Positions 26,417-31,803 of a stretch of 31,803 nucleotides of DNA are shown here, one piece after another (positions within the stretch are counted from its first letter, which is position 1; the number at the start of each line of letters is the position of its first letter). The stretch comes from a bacterium (GTDB lineage Bacteria; Desulfobacterota; DSWW01). The stretch spans positions 1-31,803 of the forward strand of contig JBFLZG010000067.1 in assembly GCA_040756235.1 (NCBI GenBank), given 5' to 3'. A program made the position numbers and the translations under genes. The notes below the pieces were generated by a model, which saw nothing but the letters and a program-made list of their open reading frames with translations, was not told the origin of the DNA and made no database searches.

Positions 26417-27187
26417 CTAGGGTCTGAGTTTTTTGCTGTTCGTCAGCAGCCAGAAGTTCCAGCAGGTGAGGACGACGCAGGAGCCGATCACGAAGGCGAT
26501 TCCGAACAGGGGCGACACGTCGCTCACGCCCACGAACCCGTGCCGGAAGCCGTTGATCATGTACAGGATCGGGTTGAACAGGGAGATCGTGTGCCAGGGC
26601 TCGGGCAGGAGGTCGATCGAGTAGAAGACGCCACCCAGAAACGTGAGCGGGGTGATCACGAACGTGAGCACCACGTTGAGCTGCTCGAACTTGTCCGAGA
26701 TGATCGCCGTACCGAACCCGAGGAGCGCGAAGGCGACCGCCACCAGGATCGCATAGCCGAGAACCTGCAGCGGGAACCGCATGCCGACGCCGCTTACCAG
26801 CCAGGCCATGGCGACCACGCCCGCCGCGCAGATGAGGGACCTCAACACGGCTGCGAGCACGTAGGCGACGAGCACGGCCCCGTTGGAGATCGGCGCCACG
26901 AGCAGGTCGATCAGCGTGCCCTGGAGCTTGGAGATGAACAGGGACGAGGTCGTATTCATGAAAGCGTTATTGATGATGATCAGCATGACCAGCCCGGGCA
27001 CGAGGAAGTCCACGTAGCCGACCCCGGCGTGGGTGGGGATGCGGTTCCCGAGGGAAAAACCGAACACGATGAGGTACAGGAGCGTGGTGATGATGGGCGA
27101 GACCACGGTCTGGCCGAACACCTTGAGGAAACGCTTGATCTCTTTCCACAGGAGCGTCCCGAACCCGATCCAGTTCACTAGAGCCAT
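26417..27187 (-). CDS. ABC-2 type transporter permease (YadH-like)
   Basis: KEIKRF.KV..QT...P.IT..LYL.VFG, Y.DF.VPGL.M, PLTFLGGVFYSI..LP..W...S.FNP.LY.INGFR.GF.G.SD. Confidence 0.92.
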   Translation of the reverse strand: MALVNWIGFGTLLWKEIKRFLKVFGQTVVSPIITTLLYLIVFGFSLGNRIPTHAGVGYVDFLVPGLVMLIIINNAFMNTTSSLFISKLQGTLIDLLVAPISNGAVLVAYVLAAVLRSLICAAGVVAMAWLVSGVGMRFPLQVLGYAILVAVAFALLGFGTAIISDKFEQLNVVLTFVITPLTFLGGVFYSIDLLPEPWHTISLFNPILYMINGFRHGFVGVSDVSPLFGIAFVIGSCVVLTCWNFWLLTNSKKLRP

Positions 27188-28158
27188 CCTCCCTCGCGGC
27201 CCAGGATCTTGAGAAAGACCTCTTCGAGCTGCGTGTGTCGATCCTGGATCCCCTGGACCGACAGGCCCGAATCGCGGATCGAGTCGATCAGCTCGTCCAG
27301 CCGGCCGTTCCCGGTTCGGTACCGGTAGATGAGACGTTTGCCGCCGTCGTCCGGCTCCACCCCCAGCTCGGCCAGCGGAGGCGGCACGTCCCGGATGGGC
27401 CGCGCCAGCTCGAAGACCAGCACCTGTTCTCCGAACTCCCGCAGGAGGTCGTCGCGCGCCCCGATCCGGATCAGGCGTCCCTGGCTGAGGATGCCGATCC
27501 GGTCCGCGAGCCGCTCGGCCTCGTGGATGTAGTGCGTCGTCAGCACGATCGTCGTGCCCCGCTCCCTCAGGCGCCGAATGTACTTCCAGAGCTCCTCCCG
27601 GAGCTCCACGTCCACTCCGGCCGTCGGCTCGTCCAGGAAGACGAGGGGCGGGTCGTGGATCAAGGCCTTGGCGATCAGCAGCCTGCGCTTCATGCCGCCC
27701 GAAAGGGCCCGGGTGTTGCTGTGCTTCTTGTCCATGAGGCCGAAGGCCTCGAGAATCGCGTCGATGCGCGCCTGGTCCGGTCTGAGCCCGAAGTAGCCCA
27801 TCATGAACCGGAGGACCTCGTTCACGTTGAAGAACGGATCGTAGTTGGTCTCCTGGGGGACCAGGCCGATGGAGGCCCGGACCTTCATCGGCTCGCGCTT
27901 GAGGTCGTGGCCGAAGACCTTGACGGAGCCCGAGGAGGCGCGCACGACGCCGGCCACGATGGAGATGAGCGTGGTCTTGCCCGCACCGTTGGGGCCGAGG
28001 AGGGCGAAGATCTCTCCCGGCCGGATCGTGAGGTCCACCCCGTCCAGGGCGCGGATCCTGCCGAAGTCCTTGGTCAGGCCGGAGATCTCCAGGGCAGTCC
28101 GGGGTCCGGCCCCGTTCGCTGCCGGGCCGGTCGGCAGCTCAGCTCGTTCTTCTCTCAT
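27178..28158 (-). CDS. ABC transporter ATP-binding protein (YadG-like)
   Basis: Walker A GPNGAGKTT, signature LSGGMKRR, Walker B FLDEPTAGVD, H-loop TTHY; overlaps the permease start. Confidence 0.94.
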   Translation of the reverse strand: MREERAELPTGPAANGAGPRTALEISGLTKDFGRIRALDGVDLTIRPGEIFALLGPNGAGKTTLISIVAGVVRASSGSVKVFGHDLKREPMKVRASIGLVPQETNYDPFFNVNEVLRFMMGYFGLRPDQARIDAILEAFGLMDKKHSNTRALSGGMKRRLLIAKALIHDPPLVFLDEPTAGVDVELREELWKYIRRLRERGTTIVLTTHYIHEAERLADRIGILSQGRLIRIGARDDLLREFGEQVLVFELARPIRDVPPPLAELGVEPDDGGKRLIYRYRTGNGRLDELIDSIRDSGLSVQGIQDRHTQLEEVFLKILGREGGWL

Positions 28159-28374
28159 GACGGTGCGTACCGAAAGCCTTTTTCCGCTCGTCGAAGGCTG
28201 AAGTCTTTGGATACGAAAACCCGGTGGGAAGGTTCTCGCAAGCCGGGGGTCTCGCCAGACAGCGATCCTGCCCGAGGGGGCCCGGCCCGCCGACGATCCG
28301 TCTCCTCAAAGTTATCAGAAGCGAACGGCTTTGAAAATCGCAGGCGGGCCGGGCCGCGTCTTCCCGCCGGTTTG

Positions 28375-28404
28375 TTGACGCTCCCGCGGCGGGCAGAGTA
28401 TAGT
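28375..28404 (+). promoter_or_regulatory. Putative sigma-70 promoter of the NYN gene
   Basis: TTGACG-N18-TATAGT, about 90 bp upstream of the ATG. Confidence 0.6.
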
Positions 28405-28434
28405 TCGGGTGGCATTGCGCACAAGCATTGCGTT

Positions 28435-28451
28435 TTGAAAAGCATTTTCAA
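28435..28451. promoter_or_regulatory. Palindromic operator, Fur-box-like
   Basis: TTGAAAA-GCA-TTTTCAA, perfect 7-bp arms, between the promoter and the start codon. Confidence 0.5.
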
Positions 28452-28495
28452 CAGGTCCGCAGAACCGCGGGACCAGAGAAGGACAAGGACGGATC

Positions 28496-29350
28496 ATGGC
28501 CGAAAGCGACAGGAGCGAGCGGACGCTCGCGGTATTCTTTGATTTCGAGAACCTTGCCCTCGGCATCCAGGACAGGAAGGACCGCCTCTTCGATATCAGC
28601 AAGGTCCTGACCCGGCTGGTGGAGAAGGGGAAGATCGTCTTCAAGCGGGCCTACGCCGACTGGAGCCGCTACGCCGACTACAAGCTCGCCTTCCATCAGA
28701 GCGGAGTCGAGCTGGTCGAGATCCCGAGGCGGGGGATCTCCGGCAAGAACTCGGCCGACATCCGGATGGTGGTGGATGCTCTCGAGCTTTCCTACACCAA
28801 GGAACACATCGACACCTTCATCGTGGTCTCCGGCGACAGCGACTTCTCTCCTCTCGTCGCAAAGCTCAAGGAAAACGGCAAGCACGTGATCGGGCTCGGC
28901 ATCAAGGAGTCCACCTCGGAGCTCCTCCTGAACAGCTGTGACGAGTTCATTTACTACGAAGACCTGGAGCGCCCCCTGGCGCAGCCGCCGCCGATCGCCT
29001 CGGAGGTGCCGCTCAAGAAGCAGGAGGCGTTCCGGCTCCTGCTCGACTCGGTGGAGGCCCTCCTCCGGGAGAACAAGCCGATCCTGCATTCGTCCATGGT
29101 GAAGGACACCATGAAGCGCAAGAAGCCCAGCTTCAACGAGACCTATTACGGGTACCGTACCTTCAGCGAGCTCCTGGAGGATGCCGAGAAGCACGGGCTG
29201 ATCGAGCTCAACGTGGACCCTCGCAGCGGCACTTACGTGATCGCCGGCTTCGGGCAGAGCGCGGCGGAGAAGAAGAAGGTCCCGAGGAGGAGGCGCCCCA
29301 AGAAGGCTTCGAGACCCTCGCCTCCGGCTCCGGAACCCGCCCCCAGGTGA
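28496..29350 (+). CDS. NYN (LabA/DUF88, PIN-like) domain protein with C-terminal OST-HTH/LOTUS domain
   Basis: AVFFDFENL, KRAYADW, GKNSADIRMVVDA, VSGDSDFSPLV, CDEFIYY; C-terminal SMVK..MKR..PSFNETYYGY.TFSELLE. Confidence 0.9.
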   Translation: MAESDRSERTLAVFFDFENLALGIQDRKDRLFDISKVLTRLVEKGKIVFKRAYADWSRYADYKLAFHQSGVELVEIPRRGISGKNSADIRMVVDALELSYTKEHIDTFIVVSGDSDFSPLVAKLKENGKHVIGLGIKESTSELLLNSCDEFIYYEDLERPLAQPPPIASEVPLKKQEAFRLLLDSVEALLRENKPILHSSMVKDTMKRKKPSFNETYYGYRTFSELLEDAEKHGLIELNVDPRSGTYVIAGFGQSAAEKKKVPRRRRPKKASRPSPPAPEPAPR

Positions 29351-29387
29351 CCGGCAGGCAGGTGGCTCCGCGAGGCTGTGTCCTGTT

Positions 29388-29489
29388 CGTCGTCCCCGGC
29401 CAAGGCCGCCTGGGGCGGCCGCGAGCCGGGATCCTTCGAAGCAGCGGGATGCCCGCCCGGACGTGGACCCGGGGTTCGCGGAAATGACG
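29388..29489. repeat. Degenerate CGTC-type REP/BIME-like element
   Basis: CGTCGTCCCCGGC...GAGCCGGGATCC...GGACCCGGGG...ATGACG has CGTC/GACG ends and nested hairpins (GGCCGCC-TGG-GGCGGCC). Confidence 0.45.
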
Positions 29490-29611
29490 CCTTACGATAC
29501 ACACCGGCTACGCGCTCTCCTGTCGGTTTTCAGCCGACCGCCTTGACCGTTGAACCGGATGGCGTTCGTGCCTCAGCATCGCCGTAGATTGCCGCCATAG
29601 GAGGACATGCG

Positions 29612-31612
29612 ATGTTCCCTCTGCTCTTCGAGCCCACCCGCATCGGCACCATGGAAGTGAAGAACCGGATTCTCATGCCGAGCATGGGGACCCTTTTTTC
29701 GATGGACCAGCAGCTGAATGAACGCCACTGCCGTTTCTACGAGCGCAGGGCCGAGGGCGGTGCGGGCGTGATCGTGTCGGGCCCGGTCGGGATCGACTTT
29801 CTGGGCTCGGGTCTGGCGTGCCTTTCGCTCAAGGACGATTCCTGCATCCCGTCCTTTCGGGAATTGGCCGATCGGATCCACCGGAAGGGCGCCAAGATGA
29901 TGGTCCAGCTCTTCCACGCGGGCCGCTACACTTTCTCCTTCTTCATCGACGGCCAGCAGGCGATCGCCCCGTCGGCCGTCCGGTCCCGGTACACCGGGGA
30001 AACCCCCAGGGAGATGTCCCTGGAAGAGATCGACCAGGTGCAGGACGCGTTTGCCCAGGCGGCGCGGCGGGCGCGCGAGGCCGGGATCGACGGGGTGGAG
30101 ATCATCGGCTCGGCCGGCTATCTGATCAGCCAGTTTCTCTCCCCGGTCACGAACCAGCGGACCGATGCTTACGGGGGCTCCTTCGAGAACCGGGCGCGCT
30201 TTGCCGTCGAGACGATCCGGCGGGTCCGGGCCGCCGTGGGCGCCGACTACACCGTCACCATGCGGGTCCCGGGGAACGACTTCGTGGCCGGCGGGAACAC
30301 GAACGACGAGATCGCCCGGTTCTGCCGGCTTTTCGACCAGGCCGGGCTCGACGGATTCAACGTGACCGGGGGCTGGCACGAAGCTTTTGTGAGCCAGCTC
30401 ACGATGGAGGTCCCGCGGGGAGGCTACGCGTACCTGGCCGGAGGGATCCGCCGGGCCGTCAGCGTACCCGTGATCGCCTCCAACCGCATCACCGATCCCT
30501 TCACGGCGGAGCGCATTCTGAAGGACGGTTTTGCGGATCTGGTCTCCCTGGGCCGCGTGCTGATCGCGGACCCGGACTGGCCGATCAAGGCCAGGGAGGG
30601 AAGGACCGGGGAGATCCGGCCTTGCGTGGGCTGCATGCAGGGGTGCATGGACCGCATCTTCATGGGGCAGCCGCTGTGCTGCCTGGTCAACGCCGAGGCC
30701 GGACTGGAGCAGGAACGGCAGATCGTGCGCGCCGCCAAGCCCAGGAAGGTCATGGTCGTGGGAGCGGGCGCGGCGGGTATGGAAGCGGCGCGCGTGGCGG
30801 CCCTGGCGGGGCACGATGTCGACCTGTATGAAAAGGCGCCCGTTCTGGGCGGCCAGCTCCTCATCGCCGGGGCGCCGCCGGGGCGCAAGGAATTCTTGAG
30901 CCTGGTCGAGTATTACAAAGCTGCCCTGGACGCCGCCGGGGTGAGGGTCCACACCGGGGTCACCCTGGACGCGGGCAAGGTCCGGGAGCTCGGGCCCGAC
31001 GAAGTGATCGTGGCCGAAGGGGCTGAGCCCCTCCTGCCGAAGATCCCCGGCATGGACCTGCCGATCGTGATCAGCTCCTGGAAGTTCCTGTCCGAGGAAC
31101 CGCCGCTGGGGCGCAGGGTCGCGGTGATCGGCGGAGGCGCCGTGGGCCTGGAGACCGCCTTGCAGGTGGCCAAGATCGGCACGATCGGCGCCGAGACCCT
31201 GGAGTTTCTCATGTTCAACAAGGCGGAAAAAGACGAGAAGCTCCACGAGCTCCTGCACCGGGGCACCAAGGAGGTCACGGTGTTCGAGATGCTCTCCCGG
31301 GCGGGTCAGGACGTGGGCAAGTCCTCGCGCTGGGTCCTCATGCAGGAGCTCAGGGACCGGAGCGTCCGCATCCTTACGGACGCCAAGGTCGAGGCCATCG
31401 AGCCCGACGGCATCCGTTACATCGAACGCGGGGAGACCAAGAAGGAGCTGTTCGACACGGTGATCGTGGCCGTCGGGTCCAAGCCGGTGCGCAGGCTGAC
31501 GGACGAGCTGGCCGCGGCCGGCATTCCCCGCAAGACGGTCGGCGACTGCAACGCCCCCCGCAAGATCATCGATGCCGTGCATGAGGGGTACCTGGCCGCC
31601 GTCGAGCTCTAG
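29612..31612 (+). CDS. fadH: FadH-like NAD(P)H:flavin oxidoreductase (2,4-dienoyl-CoA reductase family; OYE barrel + 4Fe-4S + FAD domain)
   Basis: QLFHAGRY, GVEIIGSAGYLISQFLSP.TN.RTD.YGG, GWHEA (FadH-type Tyr/His), CVGCMQGC...CLVN, VVGAGAAG, IGGGAVG; GGAGGA SD. Confidence 0.85.
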   Translation: MFPLLFEPTRIGTMEVKNRILMPSMGTLFSMDQQLNERHCRFYERRAEGGAGVIVSGPVGIDFLGSGLACLSLKDDSCIPSFRELADRIHRKGAKMMVQLFHAGRYTFSFFIDGQQAIAPSAVRSRYTGETPREMSLEEIDQVQDAFAQAARRAREAGIDGVEIIGSAGYLISQFLSPVTNQRTDAYGGSFENRARFAVETIRRVRAAVGADYTVTMRVPGNDFVAGGNTNDEIARFCRLFDQAGLDGFNVTGGWHEAFVSQLTMEVPRGGYAYLAGGIRRAVSVPVIASNRITDPFTAERILKDGFADLVSLGRVLIADPDWPIKAREGRTGEIRPCVGCMQGCMDRIFMGQPLCCLVNAEAGLEQERQIVRAAKPRKVMVVGAGAAGMEAARVAALAGHDVDLYEKAPVLGGQLLIAGAPPGRKEFLSLVEYYKAALDAAGVRVHTGVTLDAGKVRELGPDEVIVAEGAEPLLPKIPGMDLPIVISSWKFLSEEPPLGRRVAVIGGGAVGLETALQVAKIGTIGAETLEFLMFNKAEKDEKLHELLHRGTKEVTVFEMLSRAGQDVGKSSRWVLMQELRDRSVRILTDAKVEAIEPDGIRYIERGETKKELFDTVIVAVGSKPVRRLTDELAAAGIPRKTVGDCNAPRKIIDAVHEGYLAAVEL

Positions 31613-31615
31613 CTA

Positions 31616-31803
31616 GAGCCTGTCCCAAAACGCCCATCTGCGGCGTTGCGCTCAGGGGAATGGACGGGGGGGGAGCCCGCCCCGGCGAAGGCCGGGGTCC
31701 ACTGTGCCTCCCGGCTACGCCTCGTTCCTCAGGATTTGACTCGCGCCGTCCATGGCGCTCGCCCTCCGGGCGCATCATCCTGACGGATGATGCGCCCAAT
31801 TCC
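31616..31803. mobile_element. MITE-like element, inverted homologue of 11734-11923, with a second hairpin repeat nested in it; runs off the window
   Basis: GAGCCTGTCCCAAAACGCCCATCTGCGGCGTTGCGCTCA...GCCCCGGCGAAGGCCGGG...TACGCCTC.TTCCTC.GGATTT matches the reverse complement of about 11793-11923. Preceded by TAGCTA. Contains a perfect 13-bp stem GGGCGCATCATCC/GGATGATGCGCCC (31768-31797). Confidence 0.85.

Overview
GC-rich bacterial window. The gene content (sigma-54 regulators, CCG-domain Fe-S protein, CoA ligase, FadH-type enzyme) suggests an anaerobic Deltaproteobacteria/Desulfobacterota-like host; this is inference. Left to right: (1) cydAB, a cytochrome bd oxidase with short Q-loop, on the minus strand. 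(2) A Cache-HAMP histidine kinase and NtrC-family regulator, followed by a sigma-54 promoter in front of two paralogous small unknown proteins, a glutamate dehydrogenase, and an 869-aa protein made of a degenerate KaiC/RecA-like domain, a PPDK-type ATP-grasp domain and a putative phospho-His domain, with no pyruvate barrel. (3) A small ORF, a MITE-like insertion, and an MntA/HepT toxin-antitoxin pair. (4) A sigma-54-driven minus-strand cluster of a PaaK-like CoA ligase, two FAD-linked oxidoreductases and a CCG Fe-S protein, with a divergent TPR-GAF-AAA+ activator. (5) A quinol-dependent NO reductase flanked by direct repeats. (6) A secreted FG-GAP/PKD protein, an ABC-2 exporter, a NYN-LOTUS protein and a FadH-like reductase. 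Several intergenic palindromic elements share a structural signature. The best candidate for an undescribed system is the sigma-54 operon of twin small proteins + GDH + orphan dikinase-like protein (6385-11199). No rRNA, tRNA or CRISPR array was seen.
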